DNA of 64,000 bases from Eledone cirrhosa (GCA_964016885.1 OZ024758.1:4712001-4776000), one strand, 5' to 3'. Positions 41,083 through 55,635 are shown, numbered from the stretch's first letter. Notes: a model not told the origin generated them from the letters alone. Made by a program: numbers and translations.

Positions 41083-41482
41083 ACTTTAGGCACAAGTCCA
41101 GAAATTTCGAGGGGAAGTTCGATTAAACCAACCCTAGTGTATTACTGGTGCTTTATTTTATTGACTCCGTAAAGATGAAAGACAAAGCTAACCTTGGCGG
41201 GATTTGAACTCAGAACGTAAAGAGCCATAACTTTATGCTGCAAAGCATGGTGTCTCACGCTCTACCGGTACTGCTAATCTACCGCCCTAGAATAATAATT
41301 GTTTCTACTTTTGGCACAAGGCCAGCAAATACCCAGTGTATTACTGGTACTTTATTTTATCGACTCCGTAATGATGAAAAGCAAAGATAACCTCAGCGGG
41401 ATTTGAACTCAGAACGTAAAGGGGCGTAACTATGCTGGAAAGCATGGCGTCCGACCCTCTACCGATACTGCCAATCCAGCGC
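41083..41482 (-). mobile_element. two tandem SINE family 1 copies
   Basis: Copies at 41083-41288 and 41296-41482. Confidence 0.85.
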
Positions 41483-41830
41483 AGTAATAATAATAATTAA
41501 TAAGATTGGGAGGGGGACATCGATTTATAAAAGCAACTGAAAAGAAAGAATGAAGCTAAAACGAAAGGGAGAAAAATGAAAAGAATATAAAGTAAAGAGA
41601 AAAAACATGGAGATAAATATGCAAAAAAATGTTCTTGGAGGAAATAAAATGTTCCATTTGATTGGTTAGTTAAATAGGTGCAGCGTTGTTAAAGGCGTGG
41701 ATTATTATTATTATTACACCCAATCATGTTGAATATATCTCCATGGTTACAGACAAAATAAGAAGTAATTAACTGGATTTTGATTTCTTTGTCCATTCTT
41801 TCCTAAATTTCGCCCTTTCTCTCTCTCTCC

Positions 41831-41867
<37 letters not shown>

Positions 41868-42233
41868 TATATATATATATATACCTATAGTATATAGAGA
41901 AGAAAACACAAAAAGGTTCTATACACTATTATGAAGAGCTCGATACCTATCCCTTGAGTTCATTAAATTGCAGGGGATTAACGCGAGTTTTTAACTGCGT
42001 CTTTTAATTTGGTATAGAGAGACACAGAGAGAGATTATATGTATATATACATACATATACGTGTGTGTGTGTGTGTATATATATGTATATGTGTGTGTGT
42101 ATATAGCAATATCAGTAAGTGTGGAAAGGTAAAAAGAAAAACAGAGAAGAGAAACATCATATTTATGTTCATAGACGTAACAAAAGCGCTACCCACGGTT
42201 TCAAAGCCTAGTCCTGAGCTCACCTCCAAAATA

Positions 42234-42706
42234 CGAGGGGCATCAAAATTGTGACCTAACTTCAGGCACATACGAGTTTATAAGATACCGTTAAAAGTAA
42301 TGCATGCTAATAACGCTTGTTGCATCATAACAAAGGGAAATAATTCGAAGATGTAAATTTGAAAATTATTTTAGCAGTGCCGCTAATTGATGTTCTGGGG
42401 TTCCTATCGATAATTGCCTGCACCTTTCGTGCACATGAGTATGTTCTAATGCTATTAGGACCCTTAGCAAGGGCTACTGCTGTAGAATCACCGCCAGTGG
42501 CTTCCAGTTCTTTGCAAACTTTAACAACAAAGAACCATGTAACTTTCTCGAAGTCAGCAATCCCTAAATCTCTATACTCTGTCTTTAAAGCAACGATTAC
42601 AGCCTGGCATTTTATTTGCTGAGTTAACTGAATGTCTGTTGTCAGAACAAACCAGAGAAAAGTTAGCATGATTAAAAGAATGTCCTCAAAGAACTGAGCA
42701 ACCCTC
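42234..42706 (-). mobile_element. internally deleted Tc1/mariner-superfamily transposon with N-terminal transposase remnant
   Basis: TA-flanked cgagggg.. / ..ccctc ends. ORF 42325-42669 AVIVALK..DLGIADF..VVKVCKELEATGG..SIRT..KVQAIIDRNPRTSI resembles the HTH region of DD37D/maT-type transposases. Confidence 0.65.
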
Positions 42707-42745
42707 TATATGTATATATCTACACAAACACACACACACACACAC

Positions 42746-42797
<52 letters not shown>

Positions 42798-42800
<3 letters not shown>

Positions 42801-43093
42801 AAGAAAAAGAGATGAAATCGAAAATGCAACTGGAGTCTTATTTTTTTTTTAAATATATATTTATTTGGTTCCTTTACCGGTTTCGCAGTTCTTCTGCTTT
42901 TCAAAAGGTGAGTTGATATGGAGGGTCTGTGGTTTTCTCAAAAACTGCGAAACCGGTAAAGGAACCAAATAAATATATATATTTTTTTTAAAAATAAGAC
43001 TCCAGTTGCATTTTCGATTTCATCTCTTTTTCTTTATACTTTCACTCGTGTAGGACACCTCGGTTATTTTTCATTTTGTAAAAAAAACCTCAC

Positions 43094-43100
<7 letters not shown>
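42798..43100 (+). mobile_element. palindromic element (family D) with hammerhead 3' half, in (TA)n
   Basis: Arms 42798-42890 / 42943-43037; aactgc-GAAA-CCGG-TA-aaggaacc (palindromic tetraloop III). Confidence 0.75.
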
Positions 43101-43751
<651 letters not shown>

Positions 43752-44959
43752 ATATATATATATATATATAAACACATTCATCTCTCTCTCATAAACACAC
43801 ACACACACATATATATACACATCTTTGTTTTGGCTGCTATTTCTAGCAAGAGGAACAAACATACTATAATATAACTCCCATGTATCCTTCCAGATTTTTC
43901 CTGTTTTTCTTCGATGTTTCTTTTGTATCTCATTCTTTCGTCGTCATCATCATCGTCATCATCATCATCATCGTCATCATCATCTTTATCGTCGTCGCAG
44001 TTATCATTATCATTCATCATCATCATCACCATCATCACCATCATCACCATCATCTTCGTCAACGTTATCGACGTCGTCATCATCATCGCCACCATCACCG
44101 TCAACGAACATTATCGTCGTCGCCATCGTTATTCTCTCCTTTACTTGACGGGGTTTTTCATGTATTTTGTTTATCTTTGTTCTAGAGCACCTGCCTGCCT
44201 ATCTGAGGGGGGTGGGGCCAGTGTTCTGCAGTCATTGTAGTTTGGTGTTTTTAATTGTCACCATTCTGGAAAAAAAAAAAAAAAAAAAAAAAACGCAAAC
44301 AAACAAACAAAAACAAAAACAAAAAACAACACCACCACAAACACCACCACCACCACCACCACCACAAACACCACACCACCACCTCAACACCACCAACACA
44401 ACAACACCACCACCACAAACACCACCACCACCACCACCACCACCACCACAAGCAGTGTTGCTGTCCCTATATCCTCATTATCATTGTTATCATTATCGCC
44501 GTCAGCGCCATTATAATTACTGGAGACTTGATCACAGTCGTAATTGTCTTCATTGTTGAAATATACTTGTATGAGTACTCACACACACACACACACACAT
44601 ATACATACATACATACACACATATGCATGTATGTATGTATACACATATACACACTCACATATATATGTATGCATGTATATATACACATACATACATACTC
44701 ACACATATATATATACACACATACATACATACTCACACATATATATATATACACACATATATACACATACATACATACACATATATATATACACATACAT
44801 ACACATACATACATACACATATATATATACACATACATACATACACATACATACACATACATATATATATATACACATACATACACACATATGCATGTAT
44901 GTATAGCTATATGTGTTTGCGAGCGTTTTTGTGAATGTATGTTTGTGCTCGCTATTGCC

Positions 44960-45182
44960 TGTATGTGTTTGTATGTCCTTGTGTATACATGGTTGTGTGT
45001 GTGTTTGTATGTCCTTGTGTATACATGGTTGTGTGTGTGTTTGTATGTCCTTGTGTATACATGGTTGTGTGTGTGTTTGTATGTCCTTGTGTATACATGG
45101 TTGTGTGTGTGTTTGTATGTCCTTGTGTATACATGGTTGTGTGTGTGTTTGTATGTCCTTGTGTATACATGGTTGTGTGTGT
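44960..45182. repeat. 36-bp minisatellite x6
   Basis: gtgtttgtatgtccttgtgtatacatggttgtgtgt. Confidence 0.9.
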
Positions 45183-45290
45183 GCTTGTTTTTGCTTGTGC
45201 TTGTGCTTGCGTGTTTATATGCGTTTATATGTGTTTATATGTGTTTGCGTTTTTCAATGTGCTTGTATATGTGTACATGAATACATATGT

Positions 45291-45330
<40 letters not shown>

Positions 45331-45942
45331 GTGTGTGTAAGCTGTAACTCAGCGGCAGTACAGTGACGCCATTCTGCCTATTCTATTATCGTATATGTCT
45401 CCCCACATCGATATCAACTTAAACTCATGTAATATCTTTCCATCACTTATCTTATATATCCCTCTTATACTCAGTTAGCGAATTCTCCTTCTTAAAGTTT
45501 CCCATACAATTTACATTCCGATTTCTGTCTTTCTAGTTACACTGTATATATCTTGTAGATTTAGATATAAACATCACATATGCATACAAAAACATACTTG
45601 TGTGTATGTATGTGTATATACACATTTATTTATGTGTGTGTATATACACATGTGTATGTATGTGTATATACACATGTATTTATATGTGTGTGTGTATGCA
45701 TGTGTATATGCATGTGTATGTATAAGTGTGTGTGTACATATGAATGTGTGCATTATATATAATATATAGTCATATATATATACAATACTGTGTGCGTGTG
45801 CGAGTGCGTGTGCGTTATATATATATAATATATAGACATATATATAATATATATATATGTACAATACACATATGTATAATATACACATATATAAATATAT
45901 ATATACATATATATAAATATGTATATATATATATATATATAA

Positions 45943-45978
<36 letters not shown>

Positions 45979-46168
45979 TTGCCTTTTTCCTTTTTTTTTC
46001 TAAAATGCTTTAATTGTTAAAACTCTTTTAAAAATTACGACACCATTGTATCGTAAGGTAAACCAGGAATTAAAATAAAATCAGTGTTTAAACGAGTGTC
46101 GGCTGCAATGTTCTTAGGCTCAAACGTCCGCAGGCTAGAATGTTTATTGGCGGACTAAGATACTCTCG

Positions 46169-46455
46169 AGGTTCAAATCTTTGCTCTAATCCAGGCTCAA
46201 ATCTTTGCCTCTAATCCAGGCTCAAATCTTTGCCTCTAATCAAAGCTCAAATCTTTGCTCTAATCAAGGCTCAAATCTTTGCTCTAATAAAGGCTCAAAT
46301 CTTTGCTCTAATCAAGGCTCAAATCTTTGCTCTAATCAAGGCTCAAATCTTTGCTCTAATCAAGGCTCAAATCTTTGCTCTAATCAAGGCTCAAATCTTT
46401 GCTCTAATCAAGGCTCAAATCTTTGCTCTAATCAAGGCTCAAATCTTTGTTCTAA
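46169..46455. repeat. 24-bp minisatellite x12 (aggctcaaatctttgctctaatca)
   Basis: Direct count. Confidence 0.95.
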
Positions 46456-46766
46456 ACTAAACCACAACAAAAACTACATACTGTGTCGACAAACCAGGAT
46501 TGTCTGAGTGAGTGGCATAAATTGTTGTTACTGTTTAACCAATAAAGGAATGCATAATATTTAGTTCTCTATCAATAATGTTCTCTGAGATTTGTAGAAG
46601 AGGGTAAGAACGCTGTTCTCCAACTCCAAACCTGATCAAAATCCTTGCACTAAATTGTACTTCGCTAACATTCACGTGATGACATTAGATCGGACATTGG
46701 ATTCAATATATTCACAAATATATCCGCAAATATTGAGAATTGTTTATAATCAATTATAAGCTTCGT

Positions 46767-47425
46767 AGTTAGAGAGGTAGATTTGCAATCGTGAGGTTGC
46801 GAGTTCAATTTTCGGGTGATGCGTTGTGTCCTTGAGCAAGACACTTTATTTCACGTTGCTCTTTCTGCCATGAGTTGCGACCGATAGATAGTTAGTGTCA
46901 GCAATGGAAAGACTAATGGAAGCATTGTTTCCCTGGGCCAATTTGAGAGTTGCTCCTTCTTTCAGGAGTTGCGACCAGTAGATAGTATCGGCAATGGAAA
47001 TACCAATGGAAACATTGTTTCCTTGGTCCAATTTGAGAGTTGCTCCTTCTGCCTGGAGTTGCGACCAGTAGATAGTATCGGCAATAGAAAGACCAATGGA
47101 AACATTGTTTCCCTGGGTCAATTTGAGAGTTGCTCCTTCTGACCGGAGTTGCGACCAGTAGATAGTATCGGCAATGGAAAGACCAATGGAAACATTGTTT
47201 CCTTGGTCCAATTTGAGAGTTGCTCCTTCTGACAGGAGTTGCGACCAGTAGATAGTATCGGCAATGGAAAGACCAATGGAAACATTGTTTCCTTGGTCCA
47301 ATTTGAGAGTTGCTCCTTCTGACAGGAGTTGCGACCAGTAGATAGTATCGGCAATGGAAAGACCAATGGAAACATTGTTTCCTTGGTCTGATTTGATGAG
47401 GTTCACCACATTTGGCAAGCAAATT
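46767..47425 (+). mobile_element. SINE family 2 with six internal 90-bp units
   Basis: Head gagttcaatt..gtgtccttgagcaagacactt; units start near 46856, 46949, 47039, 47129, 47219 and 47309. Confidence 0.85.
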
Positions 47426-48039
47426 AGATCCGAGATCTTGTCGAACGATCAGAGCGATATATAACCTAAGTATGGAACAGTGGAATTGTTACTCAGGCTG
47501 TAAAGAGCTGGAATAAGTACTACAACGATCTCTAGCAATGTAACTAATGTAGATCAGGGAATGGTACTTTATACAGACAATTTGTAAGATTTAAGAAGTT
47601 CTGTCTATAACATCTTTAAATCTTGCTTGACGCATATTCCCTTCGGGAACATCTCAAATTCCTTTGAGAAAAACATGCCTGTCACAAATTCAGTCCATTT
47701 TTTCGTAGACTTCCATATGAGTGAAGTAAATAGAAACACCAATATTTTAATGGAACTTAATTTTACTTATAAATCGCTGACAGCACAACATCTTATCGAA
47801 ATGATTGCTCAGTATTTTATCTACTTGAACATCTCAAGTCTATATGTTTGGGGTTTTTGTTGAAGATTGAGACGTGCTGAATAGAAACTTCTACTTACTT
47901 TTCGCAACATTTCATGTCTCAAGCTGTAAAAACAACGATCAAGAATTTCCTTTGTATTAGAATCTGGGCGGCAGTGTAATGAATGAAAGAAGGCTTTATC
48001 ATCAGTTAGTGTAAGACGTTGTCTCCGTAACTAAAACAT

Positions 48040-48175
48040 TCTCAATTTTGTCCTCCGGGGCGGTGGGGCAGCCAGCACGTGGGACCCCATTTGCTCACTA
48101 TACAGAGAGATGGTGAGGGCGAGCGAGATGGGGGCGATGACGGTGGTAGTTCGGTTCTTCCGTGTTCGTACACAT
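48040..48175 (+). mobile_element. CRE-like element 3' end
   Basis: cacgtgggacc.catttgctcac..cagagagatgg is shared with 55320-55445 (-). Confidence 0.7.
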
Positions 48176-48419
48176 TGCACCTCTCAAGAGTGCATATTGA
48201 TTCCTTCATATTCAAAACTATATTTCTTATTGGAGCATTCTCTCTTGTCACCTTTGAAAACTGGTTTTATCATTCCAGACAGTGTTGATCTACTCAATGT
48301 TATCTCCGGTCTCAAATACTAGGGAGGTGGAACAAGCGGGGATGTTGGAATAAGCATAAGGGAGGATAATCGGTAAGGTTTCTAGGTTGTCTCCTTTATT
48401 AAAAAAAAAATACAGTATT

Positions 48420-48535
48420 AGCTGGTCACGCTTGGGGATCCAACCGGATTAATTGCAGACGGTTACTTCTGACAGGATCTTCTGGAAGAACTCTGCCCCA
48501 ACAAACCTCTCGGGAATAAGTGGGCGAAGAAAAAA
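48420..48535 (+). mobile_element. RTE-like family R3 3' fragment
   Basis: ttggggatccaaccggat..ttctgacagga is similar to 6435-6480. Confidence 0.55.
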
Positions 48536-49243
48536 GATCATTTACTGCGATAGACAATATTATCGCTGTGAAATAACCAAGTGAGTTAATGTGCCAAACA
48601 AGCAAGATATAATAATATATATTATATTTGCTATGTTGCTGGCAATGTAGGGGAAAAACAGAGGAAAACAACGGAATGAAGTTCGACAGCATTGATTTAA
48701 ATTTAAATTTCCATTTCAAATCAGAAATAAATCTTATAAAATTATATTTGGGTTGTTATATTTCCATTCTTCTTATTATTATCATTATTATCATTATTAT
48801 TATTATTCGTATTGGAAGATTTCTTTATTTATTTATTCTTTCATTCATTTCTTAGCTATTGTTATGTATTTATTTATTTATTAATTAATTAATTTTCTTT
48901 CTTTCTTTCATATTGTACGTTTCCTTCTTGGGTATCTCTACTTTTTGGTGTGATTTACACATTTTATTTAATTTCACTTCATCTGATATGAAAATAATTT
49001 ATACATCTATTTCCTAGACTCTGGCTAGTTATTATCATTATTTTTTTTTTTTTTTCATTATTTTCAAACTTTCATTTCCTTCATATTTTCGTTTTATATT
49101 ATTTTTATATTATTTTCTTCATTATTTCTCCCGGGTATGGTGCTAATGATAAACAACAAACTTCTAATGAAATCAGAAGAACACTTTCTAGTATTTCTTT
49201 ATTTCTTTTCTACTTTTTATTTCTTTGTGAGTTATCTTTTCAC

Positions 49244-49282
<39 letters not shown>

Positions 49283-49301
49283 GGTATGGATGTATATATA
49301 T

Positions 49302-49335
<34 letters not shown>

Positions 49336-49923
49336 TATATATAGATATACATACACACATATATATATACATATATAAATATACATACACACATATATAT
49401 ACATATATAAATATACATACACACATATATATACATATACATACACACATGTATGTATATATATATATATAAATAAATATACATACACACATGTATGTAT
49501 ATATACATATATTTAAATATACATACACACATGTATGTATATATACATATATTTATACATATATATACACCTATACATGTATGTATTTACATTACATTAC
49601 ATTACATTTCTTACTGACATAGTATTTAACAAAAAGAGTTGATTTATGAAGTTTTGATTGTTGCCTCTCTGGTACTGAGAATGCTAGTAAATCACGTAAT
49701 GTACAATTCTCACCAGATACTAATTGTAACATTTTCCCTCAACACACATATAATCTAACAAACACAAATAGGTGAAGGCAGGATTTTTAACAAACTTATC
49801 CAACTGTCATAATAAAATTACTTCATTTTCTACACAACACAATGCAGTCTGGTAAGTGTTGCATTGTCTACACGCGATACTCTCTCTCTGCTTAGTTATA
49901 TGAAATGTGTTCATTATATACAA

Positions 49924-50980
49924 TGGCGGTATATTGGCAGTATCGGTAGAGGGTCGGACGCCATGTTAGGGCGGTATATTGGCAGTATCGGTAGAGGGTC
50001 GGACGCCATGTTAGGGCGGTGTATTGGCAGTATCGGTAGAGGGTCGGACGCCATGTTAGGGCGGTGTATTGGCAGTATCGGTAGAGGGTCGGACGCCATG
50101 TTAGGGCGGTGTATTGGCAGTATCGGTAGAGGGTCGGACGCCATGTTAGGGCGGTGTATTGGCAGTATCGGTAGAGGGTCGGACGCCATGTTAGGGCGGT
50201 GTATTGGCAGTATCGGTAGAGGGTCGGACGCCATGTTAGGGCGGTGTATTGGCAGTATCGGTAGAGGGTCGGACGCCATGTTAGGGCGGTGTATTGGCAG
50301 TATCGGTAGAGGGTCGGACGCCATGTTAGGGCGGTGTATTGGCAGTATCGGTAGAGGGTCGGACGCCATGTTAGGGCGGTGTATTGGCAGTATCGGTAGA
50401 GGGTCGGACGCCATGTTAGGGCGGTATATTGGCAGTATCGGTAGAGGGTCGGACGCCATGTAAGGGCGGTATATTGGCAGTATCGGTAGAGGGTCGGACG
50501 CCATGTTAGGGCGGTGTATTGGCAGTATCGGTAGAGGGTCGGACGCCATGTTAGGGCGGTGTATTGGCAGTATCGGTAGAGGGTCGGACGCCATGTTAGG
50601 GCGGTGTATTGGCAGTATCGGTAGAGGGTCGGACGCCATGTTAGGGCGGTGTATTGGCAGTATCGGTAGAGGGTCGGACGCCATGTTAGGGCGGTGTATT
50701 GGCAGTATCGGTAGAGGGTCGGACGCCATGTTAGGGCGGTGTATTGGCAGTATCGGTAGAGGGTCCGACGCCATGTTAGGGCGGTGTATTGGCAGTATCG
50801 GTAGAGGGTCTGACGCCATGTTAGGGCGGTATATTGGCAGTATCGGTAGAGGGTCGGACGCCATGCTTTCCAGCATAGTTACGTCCCTTTACGATCTGAG
50901 CTCAAATCCCGCCGAGGTAAATAAAGTACCAGTAATGCACTGGGTATTTGCTGGCCTTGTGCCAAAAAGTAGAAACAATT
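49924..50980 (+). mobile_element. SINE family 1 whose 45-bp head is amplified 21 times
   Basis: gggcggtgtattggcagtatcggtagagggtcggacgccatgtta x21 (49924-50865), followed by the SINE body and tail. Confidence 0.92.
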
Positions 50981-51049
50981 ATATACATCAGTGTGACATA
51001 GTGGTAAAGGTGTTGAACTTGCGATCATAATGTGTTTGATTCCACCTAA

Positions 51050-51165
51050 GGACGGTGGATTCCAGTATCGCTACAGCGTCAGACACCATGCTTTGTAGCA
51101 TAGAGTTATGGCCCTTTACTTTCTGAGTTATATCCCGCCGAGGTTATCTTTGCCTTTCATCCTTT
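51050..51165 (+). mobile_element. SINE family 1, partial
   Basis: Head through gcctttcatcctt. Confidence 0.75.
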
Positions 51166-52257
51166 TTATTCACTTTATCTTATTTCCAGACACATTCTTC
51201 ATCATATGCTTGCATCAAAAAACACCCATAATATGTAAGTATAAACACCATTTCGTAGTTCTATGGATGCACTTACCCCCGAATCAGTTCTTCTGCTTAT
51301 TCATCTAATCAAATCGAAAAACAGAGAATCGATTCTGAAAATGCTATCAGTCCATTACCATTCAACGATAAAGACGAGAGTTTCATGACATCAATTATCT
51401 CGTGTGATTGTTTTCTTTAAATTACTCGTTTATTAGATAGAATATCTCAGAACGTGGGGTTAAAACATACTTAGGTACTTGGCAAAAATGATTGCTTTTG
51501 AAAGGTTTTCTATAGAAGCCTATTTGCTTCGTTTCTATCCTAGTTTTCTATAATGAAAGTCATCTACCAGAAATTATATAGAGAAAGATATGAAAAGTAC
51601 GAACGGAGGTGAGAAGCTGAACATTAGCGCCAAGATTTCTCTCCTTTATCAACTTTCCGTTGAAATGTTATCACTGACGTAAGCGTCTTTGATTTGCGAT
51701 AAAACAATAGTGGTGACAGCAATAATAACTACAACAACAATATCTTAACAGTTATAATCCAATAATATATATATTAGCAAGTAATAATTAGAGAACGTCG
51801 TCTTTTCGTCTTTTGATAGCAAATTGGTAACTTCAGTGGAAAACTACAATAATCTTGAAAGCCGAATTCTTAAATTAGAGATTTTCCAAAGAAGAAAATA
51901 TACAACTATATGTAAATGGCAGTTGACAAACAGCTTAGTGGGGCCTATCGTTTCGTGATAAAGAAACCGTTTCCCTCTGCTGCTGACAACAGAAACTAGA
52001 GATAAATTAAGTAGCCAAAGAAATGCAATAAAAAGGAATCACGAATTTTATCAGGATTTTAGGCAATACAGATTATTAAATCTACAATCATGCCAAGAAA
52101 ACTAAGAAACAAATCATCTCCTGCTAATAGTAATTTCAAGACTAATCTTCTAATGTCTCTTTTCATAAACAATATTATTTCAGATTAAACTTAGTAAAAG
52201 CAAAATATTTATTGATTATTTTGGGTGTACGATGTCACAACATTATAAGGCTTTAAA

Positions 52258-52464
52258 GGGGCGGTGGATTGGCAGTATCGGATTGGCAGTATCGGTAGAG
52301 GGTCGAACGCCATGCTTTGCAGCATAGAATTACGCCACTTTACGGTCTGAGTTTAAATCCCACCGAGGTTAACTCCGCCTTTCATCCTTGCGGGGGTCGA
52401 TAAAATAAAGTACCAGTAATACACTGAGATTATTGCTGGCCTTGTGCCAAAAATAGAAACAATT
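52258..52464 (+). mobile_element. SINE family 1 with duplicated A box
   Basis: gattggcagtatcg occurs twice at 52267-52294. Confidence 0.9.
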
Positions 52465-52674
52465 ATTTGATCTATCCTGGAATAAATCATCATCTGCTAG
52501 AGTAAATTTATAGCTAACCGCCTTATTGCTATGGAAACATAAAATTCAAAATTAACCCTGCTGATATTCGGTATTAAAGGAGATTCATAAGTAATTAATT
52601 GTAGTTAATCCAAAATTTTTCTTGCATCCATTACCCTACCTCTCCCTACTCCAAAATTGACTAACCAGTTTAAT

Positions 52675-53008
52675 AATGATTTCTACTATAGGGACAAGAC
52701 CAATTTTTTTTGGGGGGGGGGGGTCAATTAAATCGCCTCCAGTGCGTTACAGAAGCCGGCAGCCAAAACGATGGCTTGACAATGTCAACTTATAGATTGG
52801 ATTTGACCTTTGTTCTTTGAACTCTGCTGCTGGTGATCGAAGTTTGTGGAGAGAGATATCACGATGCGCAGTCTGCAACTGGCAGAGTTTAGCGTCACAA
52901 TAAGAAGTGCATTACTGGTACTTTATTTTATCGACCCCGTAATGATGAAAGGCAAAGCTAACCTCGGAAAGATTTGAACTCAGATCGTAAATGGGCATAA
53001 CTCTATGC
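52675..53008 (-). mobile_element. SINE family 1 interrupted by an RTE fragment
   Basis: SINE tail and core are separated by the insertion. Confidence 0.8.
52751..52905 (+). mobile_element. 5'-truncated RTE family R2 insertion with 10-bp TSD
   Basis: RSRQPKRWLDNVNL..; agtgcgttac (52741-52750) / agtgcattac (52906-52915). Confidence 0.85.
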
Positions 53009-53494
53009 TAATTTAGTTGTATTGATTAGTTTAGCTGTTATCAAATACCAACCAAGATATAAAAAAAAAACTTCGATATGCGATAAACATAACATGCACA
53101 TAAATTGTAGCACATATATATATATAGATGTGTGTTTTGGAAGTTTGAGGAGAAAAATATGATTATTAGGAGGTGGGGACCATGGAACCCTGCCTTCTTC
53201 CTCCCAGTTCCATCGCCCCTGCCTTATAGGAAAAGTAGGAAACAATAACCTGTTTAAAGTGGTGTTTAATCTCCTAAGCCATTAGGTTCAATAATATAAG
53301 TGAAGTGGATTCGCTGAAGTGGCTCAACAAGAACTTATCTCCATTATACAGAGTTCATGAACTGACATAAATTATATCCATCTTAACATATCTTATCTCG
53401 ACATCTGAGAACAAACTTGTTAGATCTATCATGTTTTGATATAAACTATAACTAAGTGTAGTGGAAAATATCTACAAACAAAATAAATTATTCC

Positions 53495-53555
<61 letters not shown>

Positions 53556-53763
53556 TCTTTTGATATGTTATTTATTTTATTCAGTTTGTTAAAAAAAATA
53601 TATATATATATACACACACACACAACAGAATATCCTATTTAAGCAAAGAATCGCTGCTTTCACCCTTAACGTGACCTTAACGGTTTTATATATATTTATA
53701 TATATATATATTATGTTTATCGAGCCCTCTTCGGATTTTAGTTTTCACATTTATTATTATTAC

Positions 53764-53803
<40 letters not shown>

Positions 53804-53857
53804 GTAATAATAATAAATGTGAAATAATAAAACACACAAACACCATAGAATATCCTG

Positions 53858-53894
<37 letters not shown>

Positions 53895-55319
53895 ATTTTA
53901 ATATGTTATTTTATTCAGTTTGTTTTAAAAAAACTGTTCTACTTGACATACCCTTTATTTTAAATGGTTAAAATTATGATTGAAGTCAGTTTTGTGGCCC
54001 ATAAGCAGTTTAATACTTTGTAAATCTTTTCATAGACACTATTTACGAGCCTTCATTTTTTTTTTCAACTTCCTTCTCCTGGTGAATATCACCTAGGAAC
54101 ATTAGTCAATGTCAAATTTATAAAGTGGCGATGAAATTAATGAGAAATTGATTAATCACTTGAAACGTTTCTTTCGCCAAATGAGCTTCACAAGACATGA
54201 TGACTAACTGCTTATTTGAAAATGGGTTACAGCAAATTTTTGTGACCAATATCTGATCAACTTTGTGATAAATTATTTGGCTTAATATGACTGACAGATA
54301 TAATCATACAATCAGAGTATTAAAAATCTTTTATTAAGAAAAAAAAATTATAAAAATAAGGATGATAAAAAGACGTCGACGTGAATGCCAGTTGGGTTTA
54401 TAATGTAGCCAACTTGTATTTTAGATAACTTTAGATAACTTTTAAGGTTTGAGGGGGGGGGGGGTGTTAAACGAAATCATTACAGCTATAATGTTTAAAA
54501 TGCTACTATGTTAGAATAAAAGTCTTCTTTTAATGATCTTCAAACATCGTCAACCCTAGCTAATGACTGTCACATTTAATCTGAATAAAGCTATTAGTCA
54601 AAAAGTCATTTTTTTTTTTATCAACTTCTTTCAACTTATATCAACAATATTTGAATAATAAAGCGATCTCATAAATAAACGTCATGAAAAGGAAAAATGT
54701 GTTCTCCTCTGAAGCAATGTAATTTTGATTTACGATTAGTATACAGCTCAGTAAATTTTAACAACTTGTCATAAAACTTCAGTTCAATTTTGTTCTTATA
54801 TTTTATTCAGGTGTTGAAAGACAGCCTAGAATATATTTTGACATAAATCTTATTCCAAGTAAATTATTATCATGTAAACAATAGTTCAGTTATACAATGC
54901 ATAGTGTATATAATGTATTAAAACAATAACAGTGATGCTTGGCAAATTCCGTTTATAACTAAATAGAGTACTGTAGAATAGAGTACAGGGATTCTTAATG
55001 CTTTGAAATAATTATACAATGTTCCTTGATCCACATTTCAAGCTTCGATGATTAATTCCCATAATTCCTGTAATTTATGTCATAAATATAGTAAAGCAGG
55101 GATTAAGTCGCTGACTGAGAGCTATAACCAAAAATGTTATGGTTTATCGAACGTGATATGAAATGAATAAATACACCTACATCTCATAGATTTAGTTAAC
55201 CGGCATTTTTGTGTTTCTGATTTAACCGGTGAACCGTAGCATGTAAGCTGTTTAGTTAATTATTTTTACATATATTTCATTACTGCACTAGGGCTTGATG
55301 AACACAACCATAAGGATAT

Positions 55320-55635
55320 TGTCCGAACACAGAAGAGATGAAGTCCCACTGTCATCACCTCCATCTCTCTCGTCCTCTCCATCTCTCTGTGTGGTGAGCA
55401 AATGTGGTCCCACGTGTTGGCCTCCCCACAGCCCCGGCGGACAGAATGGAGAAGGCGTTTCCCCGGAGGATGGTAAGGGAGATGCGCTGGAAGAGCCAAT
55501 CCAACTAGCGAGGCTCGCACCTGCGGCTGGCCAGCTCAGCGTCTATAGTGGTGAGTAGGGAGGTAGCCCTAGGGACAAGGACACCAGAAGTCTCCACTGC
55601 CAAGGGCACGACTGAACCTGTCGGAGAGCGACCGG
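55320..55635 (-). mobile_element. CRE-like retrotransposon 3' end (RLE C-terminus)
   Basis: VPLAVETSGVLVPRATSLLTTIDAELASRRCEPR*LDWLFQRISLTILRGNAFSIL. Confidence 0.8.

Noticed and set aside
41920-42005. aTGAAGA-GCTCG..CGAGT hairpin between TA tracts
   Set aside because: GAAA box absent; at most a heavily decayed relic.
49864-51030. Repeat-protein ORFs (MASDPLPILPIHRPN)n
   Set aside because: Artefact of a 45-bp SINE-derived unit whose length is a multiple of 3.
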